A stretch of DNA of 64,000 nt from Amoebidium appalachense (GCA_963693365.1 CAVNZM010000006.1:9303355-9367354); one strand, 5' to 3'; shown: positions 1-12,621, numbered from the stretch's first letter. Notes: generated from the letters alone by a model not told the origin. Translations and numbers: made by a program.

Positions 1-176
1 GGACGTCTATACTCCTCCCAACTCATGAATCATGTGCTCTCTCAATATTCCGTTGTGGACGCAAGGCTAACCCTTCGTCTTCTCTTTCCTTCCCCCTCCG
101 TGTGTGCACACACACACACATACGCACACACACACACACACACACACACAAACCACACACACACACACACACACAG

Positions 177-965
177 TGCCCCGTGTGCCGGGACATCTGC
201 AACTGCAGTGCGCAAGGCTGTCTGCGCAGCAAGAGGCAGTGGGGGCCTACGGGCACCATGTACCGCACAGCCCTGGCCGAGGGCTACCAGAGTGTCGCAC
301 ACTACCTCGTCTACACCCGCCAACGGTAAATTCCTCCCCCCCCCCCCCCCCCCCTCCCCTTCCCCCGCGGCCCCTCTCTATGCATCATTCATATCCCCCA
401 TATCTTTTGCCACGTCCCCCCACCCCCTCCCCCCTGGGGGGGGGGGGGGGGGGGAAGACGAGTGTTCCCCTCCACGCGTCTTTCATTATCTTAACATTCT
501 TACCCCACCATCCAACATCTTTTGCTGCTTTCCCAAGCATACCCTCCCCCCTTCATCACATTTTGCCTCACCAGTAATGCACACCCTACCCCCAAAATCC
601 TCTTGCAACTGCCTAAGAGAAACCACATTCAGCAAGTCAGAACACCTCCCCCCCCCCCCACCCCCCCTTTGCTCCTTGTTTGCGTACCGACTTTTTTCAC
701 CCATCCACAGTGTGACATCGGCCAAGTGTTTTCTCGTTTCAGCATAGGGCTGTGTTTGGGCACCCGTATAGTAGTCTGTCCCGATGGCTGTCATATGTAA
801 GGCCAAATGAATCCCCCCCCCCTTTCCCGCCCCTCGCACACAATCATATTTTTCCCTCCTCCCCCCGTCTCCCCTTCCACTATGCACTAATATCTCTTTC
901 CACGCAGGCACATAGTTGAGCAGGAAGAGAAGGAGAACCAGGAGGCAGAGGAGAAGGAGGAGTGA
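177..965 (+). CDS. CDCA7: 3' end of CDCA7-like zf-4CXXC_R1 zinc-finger protein (5'-partial; exons 177-325 and 908-965)
   Basis: After a (CA)n-CAG acceptor the exon reads CPVCRDICNCSAQGCLRSKRQWGPTGTMYRTALAEGYQSVAHYL, matching the CDCA7 C-terminal pattern CPxCRxICNCSxC...PTG...GYxSVAHYL. Donor CG|GTAAAT at 326. Last exon follows a CTAAT branch point and GCAG acceptor and encodes HIVEQEEKENQEAEEKEE*; splice phases are consistent. Confidence 0.85.
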
Positions 966-3900
966 GCCTGCTGGTAGACGGCATGCACCAACTCTGAGCT
1001 CCCAGGTATCAGATGTCATATCGAACGTTCCTATATTAGGTACAATATTTGTATGTGTATGTAGATGTGCAAGTGCTCTGTAAATGGTTTGTCTAGAGCA
1101 CTAGGCAGTGATAGATGGGATTTTAGTGACTGGCCGCGCGATCCAGAGGTGTCACGTGTTGCTTGGGAGAAAAAAGTTTTGTGCAGACTTGCATGTTTGA
1201 AAAAGTTAGTTGTGGATCTCTGTTTTGTGAGAACGAACTTGCATTGCACAGCACAAAGATGAGACGTTTGGATGGCCATTGAATCGATGGGAGGTTGTAC
1301 CAATCATACCAAATTTATATCTTTTATAAGGCTATGTGCCGTGGAAAATGCGGAAAGTTTGGCACTATTTGTGGCGCTGTTTTTTATACGAAATGCACGT
1401 TTGTGTTCGCAAAACAGCGCTCAAGCACACACCATCAACCCGCGTACCTAACCTGCACCTAAAGACAAGCAAATGTGCTTGGACTCAAATATAGTGGGCC
1501 TGAATCCCTTCTCATAATCTTAGCCAGCTACCGCTTTAGCCCCCTTCTTACCGGATTCCGAAGAGTGTTGCGTGATAATGAATTTGATACAGTATACCGT
1601 TATATGAAGAAGCCCCAATAAAGCTGGTGAATATGTATGGTGAAGTTATGGTGAAGCCCTGATAAAGATTCGTGTGGCCTCTTCAGTCGTTGTTACAGTC
1701 AGTGACCTGTGACTGTCGTCATCAAAAAGCGGGAAGGGGGGAGGGAGGGGGGGGGGGGGGCGCGCGAAAAGAGCCAAAAATTCAAGCGCCCCGGAGAGGG
1801 GGGGAGGGGGGGGGGGCAGCATATATGGTGTATAAAGCATACACCATATATGCTGCCCTCTACACCTCCTCTTCTACACCAACCGGATAGACCAACTGGG
1901 GCCAAGTGGCCGTGATGTGACATATGAACTTGAGGTCGACGACCCATGGCCACGACGTCGGCCTACTGCATTGCTCATGAATGTAGATTGGACTGAAGCA
2001 CCTACAAATGTACGATACAACAGTCGCCTCGTGCTTGTTTGGTTTTACCATTTGGCAGCTGAAGGAGGCCTGTTGTAGGGAAGGCCGCAAACATATTGCC
2101 TGCTAGAGTTGAACCAAAGTAAATTACACACGGCACACGCCGTTGAGGGCTTGACGATGTGCATGAAGAAGCACTCATCCACCCGAACACTAGGCTACCT
2201 AGTGTAGCACACAACCTTGCATGCGCATACACACACCTTTTGTTATAGCAAGGGAGGGGGAAGGGGGCCGGGGGTAGAATGCCGAGCACAGTTCAGGGCA
2301 CATGCAAAAGCAAACCGTTCAGGTATGCAACAATTAGAGCAACACGCTTCAGTGTGCAGCACAAGCAGAACCCGTTCTCAGGGGAAGGCCTAAGTCTGAG
2401 TCTCGTTCCCTCGGCCGAAGACGGGGACGGGGGGCCTGAAAGAGAGAGGGCGACAGGGCAGGCGCGGGAAGGGGGGAGAGGGGCGTGAGGGCCGGGAAGG
2501 AGATCCAGTGGGGGGGGAAGGGGGGGGGGGGGGGGGGGAAGAGAGCCTGAGAGAGATCTAGAGAAATGGAGGGGGGGAGGGGGGGGGGGGGTAGAATGGG
2601 GGGGGGGGAGGGGCGGAGAGGGAGGGGGAAGGGGAGAGGGAGGAAGGGGGACGGGACATGGGATGCTGGGAGGGGAGGGGGGGGTTGGGGGGAAAGAGAG
2701 CGCGCGAGAGAGAGAGATAGAGAGACTCTCGGAAGGGGGGGGGGGGGGGGGGGGGGGGGGAGCGAGAGAGAGAGCAAAAAGAGAGAGAGGGAAACGGAGT
2801 GAGAGAGAGAAACGGAATGAGCCGGGGAGAAGTATATAGCGTGTGAGAGAGCGGAAGGAAGGGGCGGGGAGGGGGGGGGGGAGGGGGGGGGGGAGGCTAC
2901 GGGACTGGACGGAGGAGGATACAGGAGTGACGGAGAGATGTACGTACAGGCAAAGCGCGGGAGCAACCCGAGCCTCGCGTGAGAGGGGGTGCACAGAAAG
3001 CGATAAATTTTTTTTTGGGGGGGGGGGGCATATAGAATTTAACAAAAAGGTGCAAGAACTTACTAAGGGGGGTGCATTGAGCGTATGTATACAGTAGAAA
3101 GACTCCCGACTTCTTAGAGTCTATCCAATCAGCTGTGCAAAACTTTTGACCGGGAATAAAGCTGCGCCACATGGCCACATTACTTGCCACAAACTCATGC
3201 GAGCGTGACCGCCTCAATTCGCACACGGAGAAATAACTGCACGGGCTTTTGATTTTTCTAGATCTCCGGTTCCTTCCCCCATGAATGTGATGGGGAGAGC
3301 TGGAATACAATAAGACGGTACTCGGAGTAGATGTGTACATAGCTAGGCACGTTTTACTGAGCCCTCCGGAAGGCCTAGGAACGATGCACTGTGTACAAGC
3401 TGGGTCCATCTCCAAAAGGAATGAGAAGCACTTCAACACCGTGACGCCACTTCCAAGCCGGAGCTAGAAAATGACTTCTGGAGAAATGAAAACTGAGAGC
3501 ATGCAACAAATGCCCATGAGCTGAGTTGGGCTGGCTGTGGGCAGGCCCGGCGGGCTGGGTGTATGTAACCTGGGTACGCTCTGACCGGGGCCTCTACATA
3601 TTTATGGCCGCTGTTCAACTATTACAGTTACAAATAGCTGTTACAAGCCTGGTTTTTTCCCATATGCATCGTTTTGCCTTGATAACAGGAAAACATGGTG
3701 TCTCGCTTGAGTTCAGGCCTGAGCTGTAGGTCATACCCAGGGTTCGACATTTGGGTTTCACAGTCGGGTATTTTCCGAGGTTTTGTGACGTCACGCATTT
3801 TGGCCTCGCGAAAGGTGGGGTAATTCCGGGATAAACATGCTTTGGATATATCAGATATAATTATGCATACCTATCCGCTAGTATGTAAATATATCCTGTA

Positions 3901-4303
3901 GCTGGCAGCCCGAGAAGCCAAAACACACATGGTTCTGGTGAAAACTCTGTCTTGTTTTTCACCACGTACGTACGCATGTAACCACCCGCCTACCGCTCCT
4001 ACCCGCACCATTATAACCTGAGACAGCCAGTCTAATACTTTCGTTTAGGTGTTATAATCGCCTGTTTATCTCAGCATAGAGACATTGTGTTGCTGACTAA
4101 CTTCAATGAATAGAGGCGCGCGCAGCGCGCCGCCCGCTGAAAAGCTTTACCGAGTGTGACCACATTCGCATCGATTCCTGTGTGCTAAGTTCTCTCCGTG
4201 TCTCTAGCTTGTGGTCCTTTCTTAAATAAGTCTCTCTCGTGAGGATTTTTCTTACGATCACTTCCCTTCCTGGGGCGCCCGCGCACCCCCTTCTAGAGAT
4301 CTG

Positions 4304-4950
<647 letters not shown>

Positions 4951-5907
4951 GGTCTCTCTTTCTCTCTGAAGTTAACCCCCTCTCCCCCCTCCCCCCACCC
5001 CTCCCTCACTACCTTTCCAGCTCTCTCTCTGCCTGTCTCCTCCGCCTACAGGCAACTGGGCTTTCTTTCCAGCTCCAACCGTGACGTATTATCCCTCTCG
5101 TTGTTCCCCCCTCCCCCCCCCCCCCCTCCTCCCGCCGGCCCCTCCGGCCCAGCCAACTTTCCAAACGTCCTTTGTCTCCCCCCCTCCCCCTCCCCCCCCC
5201 CCCCCCACACACACACACGCACACACACAGTATGTATCTTCCTTCTCTGATCCTCTGCTCAACTCCCCCCCCCCAACCCCACCCCAACCCCACCCCCCTC
5301 CCGCCCTTCCTCCAATCGATATCCTTCGCTTCCTCCCGCCCTTCCTCCAATCGATATCCTTCGCTCCCTTCCCCCATTCCCTGCAAATGGCACTGAACAT
5401 CAAAGAGACTTACATATCGGCTAGGCAAGCACCTTTCAACCCTCCCTTACACAATACTGATAATAGCCTTCCTAATCTTAACAACCCCCCCTGTACCCCC
5501 CCCCCCCCCCCCCCCCCCCCCTCCCTCCCTCTCCTCTCCTCTCTCTCCGGCCGGGGCCCCCATCTTCTCCCCCGGCTGGCGGGCCCCGGGTCCGCCCGAG
5601 CCCGCCCCAAAGCCTTCACCGATTGAAATCCCAATAGGCACTGTGACGATAGAACGAGATATTTCATTTTAGAGATAGACAAGTGTAATCGATGCCCTCA
5701 ATCCCTCTTCCCCCCCGATTCACCAACGCTACTTCTGAATGTCCTCAGCCTACCCTCTTTCCACCTGATTCTTCCTCTCGCTATCTCACTCCCTCTTTCT
5801 TTTCTTTTCCTGTTTTTCCTGCCTTTTCGCGTTATTACCATACGCAGTATAAGTTTCTTTCTCGTTCTGATAGAGAAATCAAAGGTACAACTCAGTCGGC
5901 ATGTGTT

Positions 5908-6309
5908 ATGTTCCTTAGGCAACACCGTACTGATCATTATCGCTTTTTGGGAGCTTTGGCAGGATACATTTCTCCTGCTGTACGTATGGATACCACCCTA
6001 GTAGATAAGTCTGTATGGTGCTCTGATGTTGATATTGCCTGGGAAGTTGTGCAGTGGCGCTGTAATTCTTGTTTTCATCGCCGCTGGTGCCACTTTTGTG
6101 CTGACCTTTTTAATCGCAAGCATGTTGATAGGTGTGAATTTTTATGTCGCGTTTTACCTCTTTCCCTCCGGGTATCTGCTACACTAGCTGGCAATGTGAA
6201 CACTTTAGACTTTTTGTTGAATTCTGTTGGTCGTCACATTGAGTATTTATATGATTTTCACACAGTGTTCAGGTATCTCAGTATGCACTTGTTACTGGAT
6301 AACTCGTGA
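5908..6309 (+). CDS. Unknown 133-aa Cys-rich protein (CNSC...CHFC, possible Zn ribbon) in the left arm of the foldback
   Basis: Intronless ORF MFLRQHRTDH...LLLDNS*. Against the right-arm copy I count 5 synonymous and 2 non-synonymous point changes plus two in-frame 6-nt indels, which supports this reading frame. T-ending codons are frequent, unlike the GC3-rich host exons. Confidence 0.55.
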   Translation: MFLRQHRTDHYRFLGALAGYISPAVRMDTTLVDKSVWCSDVDIAWEVVQWRCNSCFHRRWCHFCADLFNRKHVDRCEFLCRVLPLSLRVSATLAGNVNTLDFLLNSVGRHIEYLYDFHTVFRYLSMHLLLDNS

Positions 6310-6525
6310 AGTTTTTATTGTCTCCTCAGTATGCCGTGCATACTTGCATATCTTTCCGTCGAATCAATCCAGTCAAAAGAAAAAAAAATATCCGGGATTG
6401 AATGACCCCCAGAAACAGTGCTTTTTCATGTAGGTAGCTTTTTTTTCCTTCTTTTGACTGGATTTATTCGACGGAAAGATATGCAAGTATGCACGGCATA
6501 CTGAGAAGACAATAAAAAAACAACT

Positions 6526-6827
6526 TCACGAGTTATCCAGTAACAAGTGCATACTGAGATACCTGAACACTGTGTGAAAAGCATATAAATACTCAATGTG
6601 ACGACCAACAGAATTCAACAAAAAGTCTAAAGTGGTCACATTGCCAGCCAGTGTAGCAGACACCCGTAGGGAAAGAGGTAAAACGCGACATAAAAACTCA
6701 CACCTATCAACATGCTTGCGATCATCAGTAAAAGATTCAGCACAAAAGTGGCACCAGCGGCGATGAAAATATATCATCCTGCCAAAGCTCCCAAAAAGCG
6801 ATCAGTACGGTGTTGTCTAAGGAACAT
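6526..6827 (-). pseudogene. Internally deleted copy of the Cys-rich ORF in the right arm of the foldback
   Basis: ATG at 6827 gives MFLRQHRTDRFLGALAG then TGA (6776-6774) at a deletion junction that removes ~105 bp including the CNSC motif. The downstream FHRRWCHFC...LLDNS is intact. Confidence 0.65.
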
Positions 6828-7833
6828 AACACATGCCGACTGAGTTTTACCTTTGATTTCTCTATCAGAACGAGAAAGAAACTTATAGGTACTGCGTATG
6901 GTAAAAATAACGCGAAAAGGCAGAAAAAACAGGAAGAGAAAAGAAAGAGGGAGTGAGATAGTGAGACGAAGAATCAGGTTGAAAGAGGGTAGGCTGAGGA
7001 CATTCAGAATATAGCGTTGGTGAATTGGGAGAGACGAGGGATGGAGGCAGCGGGGGGAAAGAAAGCATAAAGAGGGTGACCATCAGGTATCCTAACTAAA
7101 TGAAAACAAAAACGAAGAGACAATTCCTCCATACGACAAACAGCAGACGACAATCCAAACATACTGATTAAGGGAGGCACAAACCGAGTACGATTTGAAA
7201 CTCGCAGCGCTATAGCGCAGTACCCTGAAAATCGTCGAACTCTTTCAGCGCCACGGTCGCCTCGCGAGGTGGGGCGCAGGCCAATATATAGGTAACTTCA
7301 CAGAGGCAGCCAGGCAGACATATATAGACACAAAAACCTTGTAACCCTTGTGTACCCCATAGTACCCTAGTCGCCCAAGGTAGAGTACCCCGTCCCTCAG
7401 CAAGTGGGGTATTTTGTTTTCGGGGTGGGGTATTTTGTAGGGTATTTTCCGGGAATTGTCTAACCCTGGACTCATACCAATGCGCAGCTCAAACCGCCAG
7501 CACCATTCCCATACCGTAAGCCCAAAAACCATATACGATTGGTCTGGCAAATCAGATAAAAATGAAAAAAAGGCAAAAATGTGTTGCTAACCAGTACTAT
7601 TGGCTTAGAATCACGTATTTACTTTGCATATAGGCATGGGTCAGCTTTTGGCGCAACTGAAAAGTATAAATACTAGGAATGAGCGCCGCCCCCTATGTAC
7701 TATCAGTTTCACACGTGTTTCGAGATGATACTCCATTGCAGCCGTTTACCATACTTTGCAAACTGATAAAGATGTTTCTAGGTCACCTCGAGCAATAACA
7801 TCACAATGTACGCGCGCTATAGGATACATAAAA

Positions 7834-8868
7834 ATGTTTGCACTAGTTATTAACGCGAATTGGCAAGTCGCAAGCATATGCGACCCTGATGTTTGCGTAG
7901 GGCCTGCCATACAAAGTGCCGTGGGCCAACACCTAGCAACACTTATTCCATCACTCAAAGACGAGCCTGAAAACCTTTACTTATCGATAATCAGGGGCTC
8001 AACGCTTGAATGCACACGCGAATCTTCACCGTTGGCGGCAAGGCCTTTCTTCCTCAGCTACGTCGCAGACTTCCCACACGCAGCCTCAGGCCGTCTTATT
8101 GTATTTCAAGAAGCAAAGGAGGTGGCAGAATTTCAACACTGCAACCCATTTGGGGGACACATGCAAACCACCATTTTGCAAGTGTCTTCCATCGGCCGCA
8201 TCGAACATGCACCCCGCTGCAGCCCTACGCTCTTTGGGTATGAAGCGAGCGAGTTGGTTGGGCAGCCAATTATGAGGTTTGTGGCTGATGAAGAGCTGCC
8301 ACAATTTTGTCGGAAACTGGACGAATTGGGGCGTCACGGTATTGGAACGTTCACGACCCGCATGTTGCGTTCACGCACCCACACGTCGGAAAATCTACCA
8401 TCTACCACCCAAGATGGCGAACAAGAGCTCGTTGACGTGGAGATTTGGGGCAAGACAGGTCCACACGGCTCGATTTTTCTCGTATTGATCGAAGAAGACC
8501 TGGCTGGGCTGCAGGAAAACGGCGTCCTGCAGGTGAAACAAGTGGAAGAGGTTGAGTTGGAGAGCACATCAAAGGGGTGGTTGCAAGGGTACGACATATT
8601 GACTCCGGTTGTCGAGAGCCTGCGCTTTCTCGTGTCAGGGGTGTTGGCCGCGCGTCCTTATATTATGTGTGTGCTATCCTTCCTGCAGTGTGTCTCGGGT
8701 GCATGTTATAGCACGACGGGCCATTTGGCTGCTCGGGGTATTAATGCTGCAAGACTACTTTTCAAACTCGTGCAACCTGTCTTGCAAAGCAAGATGATGG
8801 CCTATTTTGTACCAAGTTGTATGAATGCTGCTACAGCAAACGTTATGGTGAGCCCTATGACCTCGTAG
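7834..8868 (+). CDS. Intronless PAS-domain protein (344 aa) with a hydrophobic C-terminal region and no recognisable output domain
   Basis: Long non-repetitive ORF containing the PAS-like segment ILQVSSIGRIEHA...LFGYEASELVGQPIMRFVADEELPQFCRKL...VDVEIWG. First ATG (AAAATG) at 7834. Confidence 0.8.
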   Translation: MFALVINANWQVASICDPDVCVGPAIQSAVGQHLATLIPSLKDEPENLYLSIIRGSTLECTRESSPLAARPFFLSYVADFPHAASGRLIVFQEAKEVAEFQHCNPFGGHMQTTILQVSSIGRIEHAPRCSPTLFGYEASELVGQPIMRFVADEELPQFCRKLDELGRHGIGTFTTRMLRSRTHTSENLPSTTQDGEQELVDVEIWGKTGPHGSIFLVLIEEDLAGLQENGVLQVKQVEEVELESTSKGWLQGYDILTPVVESLRFLVSGVLAARPYIMCVLSFLQCVSGACYSTTGHLAARGINAARLLFKLVQPVLQSKMMAYFVPSCMNAATANVMVSPMTS

Positions 8869-9361
8869 AGTTTATAGGCCAAAGGTTCACTTTTACTTAA
8901 GATAAATAGTTGATATGATGCACATGAATGTGATCAAGGTAGTTGAAATGTGTGACTATGGTAGTGTAGTTTGTGGCTATGCTTGCAATTAGCCAATATA
9001 AAAGTTTAATGGAAAGGTTTAAAAAGGTTGATGGGATGGATTATAGGGCACTGAAGATTGCTTCATGTTTTTGTTATGAATAACTTTAAATTCATAATCA
9101 GGACGGCTTTGTGAACATAGATTGAAGCCGTAAGAATACGTGTTGTTCCGAACATGCTTCCCAACCCAGAATAAAGACGAGAGTCCGTAGATGTTGCATT
9201 TCCAAATAAGTCTCTACTTTCTTCCTTTTGTATACGGCTTATAAGTATTCTTATACTACGTAAGGCTTGCAGACACGGTCGCACAGTCCACACATACATT
9301 CACCACAAGTAAGGTTGCACGACAAGACACAAGCTCCAGCATTATTTTACGGCAGCACTTA

Positions 9362-9502
9362 GGTACGCCGGTCCTACACCGCTTCAAGCCTTCATAATCT
9401 TTCACTTTCCCAATGGTTGCACTTTACTGCAGAACTCGGGTACGCCGGTCCTACGCCGCTTCGGGCCTTCGTAGTCTTTCACTTTCCCAATGGTTGCACT
9501 AT
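9362..9502. repeat. Tandem duplication, two ~62 bp copies at 77 bp spacing
   Basis: GGTACGCCGGTCCTAC...TTTCACTTTCCCAATGGTTGCACT occurs at 9362 and 9439. Confidence 0.9.
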
Positions 9503-10756
9503 GTAAAAGCAAAGTACCTGGTAAAAAAGGTGTACTTATATTTGTGTGTTTGGTGGTGGTGGTGGTGGTGGTTGTGGGGGAGGGGGGGGGAAATCGAATA
9601 AGACGCACAAGGCCAAAAGTGGAGGGAGAGAGGGAGGCAGAGGACGGGAGAAAAGGAGCAGGCGGAGGGGAAGAAAGGACTACGAGGAGGAAAGAAGTGA
9701 GGGAGCGCAGGGGGTTGTAGGGAGAGAGGGTGACTCGGGGATCGAGGGGCTTGTAGAAATGCGAAGGAGCAAGAAGGATGGGAACCAAAGTAAGATAAAA
9801 ACGCATCCCAGCGAGGCAGATGCAAAGAGTATTCATTAACACTGCTAGTACGTCGGAGGATGGAATGACTATAATACACGGGACCTAAAATTCATCGTGG
9901 AGTGTACGTACACATAGGCGGAGCACCTGAGGGTTCACCACAATCGCCGTGCACCACATCAGACGTAAACCCTCATTACACCGCTAAAGGTGAATGCGGC
10001 GCTGGCCCACTGGAGCTCCAACCACCATGTAGTTCATTGATAAGCGTTTTATTTTAACACAGTTTTAATCGTTTCATGCTGTGTTTTCCAGCCTTGGCCA
10101 GGAGGTGACACCGTGAGGAAAGTTTAGCGGCTGCCGCTCTTCTACATGTCTGACTGTCACACCGTGTTCGAGGTTCCAAACTTAGCAAGTGTTTTCGGTC
10201 TTTCGATAACTAATTTGGCCAAATCATACGCCATAAGAAACAAAAAGAAGCCGTACGATTGGGTTCACCTAAATAGAGCACGCTTGATTAGCTAAAGGTC
10301 ATGTGTGATTGAGATGCTGACGTGGCCATTTTCCCGCACCGCTGACACCGTGTAAGACCATGTATGCGTGGGCGAAAGTGACAGGCAAACAAGGCAAAAA
10401 AGGTGCGCAGGTGATTTCTGGCGCGTTAAAGGCTTTATGTTTTTCGTATTCATGACGGATACAGTTGAGGAAGCTTATAAAGAATACAAGACAGCTATGT
10501 TGTTTTTCTAAGGTTTGAAATTCTTAGCAGTTGGTGCACACGAGATTACCAGATTACTACTTGACATGGTACACGGAAGGACTGATTTGTTAGCCGAATG
10601 GCAAGAGCTTTCAATTTAAATCGTCAATATAGTTTCTCCTTTACATGTTTGTTTTTCTTTGCACCGAAGTAGCACTGTTCTTACTTTCCAGGTACAAGCT
10701 ACATTTCGAATTCTAGAGGGCTGAATTTTCGTTTAAACACACCCCTAGGCAGTGTC

Positions 10757-11666
10757 ATGACCTACACAACCAACCCCGGGGAGGCGCTGCGCGCAGTCAT
10801 AAACACACACGTACAGACATATGACAAGTACGAAGCAAATCGATATGCAGAACCTTTAGTGCCCGACACTTTCCTACCGACATCCGATGGGATTGTGTCT
10901 CAGGATGCTGGCAAGAAGCCGAAGGTTGTTTTCTCGCGCGCTTCATCTTCGGAAACGGAACCAGACGCAGCAGACGACCAGTTTGCCGTTTTAAGAGAAG
11001 CGCAAATTCGTTGGACTGTGGCTGCGCTTCTAAACATCCCCCCACGTAAACCTCGTGCTGGATTTCGCAAAATATCGGAAAATCCCTTTAAGTATATAGA
11101 GCGCTTAAGGCTGTATGGGAAAGGTGGCCATGAGATTTTGCGCAAATACACGCTGCTGTATGTAAGCTGGTGGGATGCCGCATACTACAGCACAGGGGAG
11201 GACATTTATGATGATTTGCTCGTAGACATGTCTGTTCATCTTTCTGCTGCTGCAAAAGAAATTAAGCGGAGCCAACTGGAAAGGCTAAGGGGAGCTAGTC
11301 GTCTTGTGCGCCATCACATAACCCGCCCCGGTTAGGTCACGGTGGTATTACAAGTTCGCAAAAGAGGGGAAGAAAGTGGTGGCACGCACTCTGTCGAGAG
11401 ATGATTCGGACAAACGGTCGGGGTATGAGGAGCCTTCAGTTACTCAAGAAGTTAAAAACGAGGATGATGGGGTTGAGGGGAGGGCAAGTTGTCCTTTGCT
11501 GGATGGTGGGGCAGATGAAGGGAAAGAGGGTGGGGAGGGTGGAGGGAGTAGTGGTGATGATTATCAGGAGTGGCCTGAATCAGTTCAGACATGGGCGGGA
11601 CGTGTTTCGGTAGGTAATCCTGGTAAGAGGAAGGCGGTTAGAAGCAACAGCCTGTGTGATGATTAG
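10757..11666 (+). CDS. Orphan protein: ORF1 10757-11335 (192 aa) apparently continued by a +1-frame ORF2 (open 11322-11666)
   Basis: ORF1 is non-repetitive and protein-like, with a plausible 5'UTR intron acceptor (TTACTTTCCAG) at 10681-10691. The +1 frame opens at 11322 (PAPVRSRWYYKFAKEGKKVVARTLSRDD...) and ends in an acidic, disordered tail with a basic KRK motif. No family recognised. Confidence 0.55.
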
Positions 11667-11964
11667 GTATGTTGTTTCAGGAAATTGGTTTGTCTTGTCC
11701 TGTTTTGTTGTCACACTTGCCTAAACCTTTTCCCCAATGTTTTTCCTCTGATTGCTTTCCTCCACCTCACTCTTTTTTTTTTTTTTTTCCCTCCCTTTTT
11801 TTTACCCCCCGGGGGGATGGGGGGGTGGGGGGGGGGGGAGGGGGGAATCCCTTCCCCCTCATTAATAGCGCCCTCTTTCCTTAGCTGGCAAAAAGCTAGG
11901 CACTGATTTCTGCAGTTATGTTGTTTCATTTTCCCTTTTCCCCCCCTTTTTTTTCTTCCGGGCG

Positions 11965-12000
<36 letters not shown>

Positions 12001-12539
12001 AGGGGGAGCATTGTTCGGCGAATGTGTTTAGTGTAGATTCAATTGGGCTGATGCTTGATACAGGCAAAAGGGTGCCGTAGAATTTTGCTTGACGGGCCTA
12101 AGAGGGTTTGCACTATTCTTGTATCTTAGACAAGTATGTTGCAATCTATTGTTAGGTTATCTATATTTAGCACATATTTAGGGTATGAATGGGGTGAAAT
12201 GTCGAATGATGTCGTTTCTTCGGATCAAGAACTATCTGTATGACTACCCTTTATAAGATCATGATGTCTGTTGTATAATTTCCAAGTCTCTACCACGAAG
12301 GTCATTTAAATATATGAATGACATGTGTTGCACACGTTCTTATTGCTGTGCTTAGAACATCAGCTGTGTATGTGTGTGATTTTTGGTGGTGGTGGTGGGT
12401 AGGTGGGTGGGTTTGTGGGGGGGGGGGGGGGGGGGGGGGAGGGTGAAGTGGGAGGGGATCCGGATAGTGTACAGGCCCTGTGATGCACTCACGTGCACAC
12501 ATGTAATGTGCAGTCACGTTCACATACCGACACCTAAAC

Positions 12540-12621
<82 letters not shown>

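Larger units (their letters stand above)
5717..7026. repeat. Long inverted repeat (foldback): left arm ~5717-6388, spacer ~6389-6438, right arm ~6439-7026
   Basis: ORFs 5692..6309(+), 6526..6777(-) and 6883..7083(-) encode near-identical peptides. The arms align at nucleotide level with scattered substitutions, small indels and a ~105 bp deletion in the right arm. Confidence 0.95.

Noticed and set aside
4115-4131. GGCGCGC-GCA-GCGCGCC hairpin as a Helitron 3' end
   Set aside because: No CTRR terminus at the expected distance on either strand and no matching 5' end identified.
5297-5366. Two-copy ~35 bp direct repeat (CCCGCCCTTCCTCCAATCGATATCCTTCGCT)
   Set aside because: Local duplication in low-complexity sequence inside the TIR element; not informative alone.
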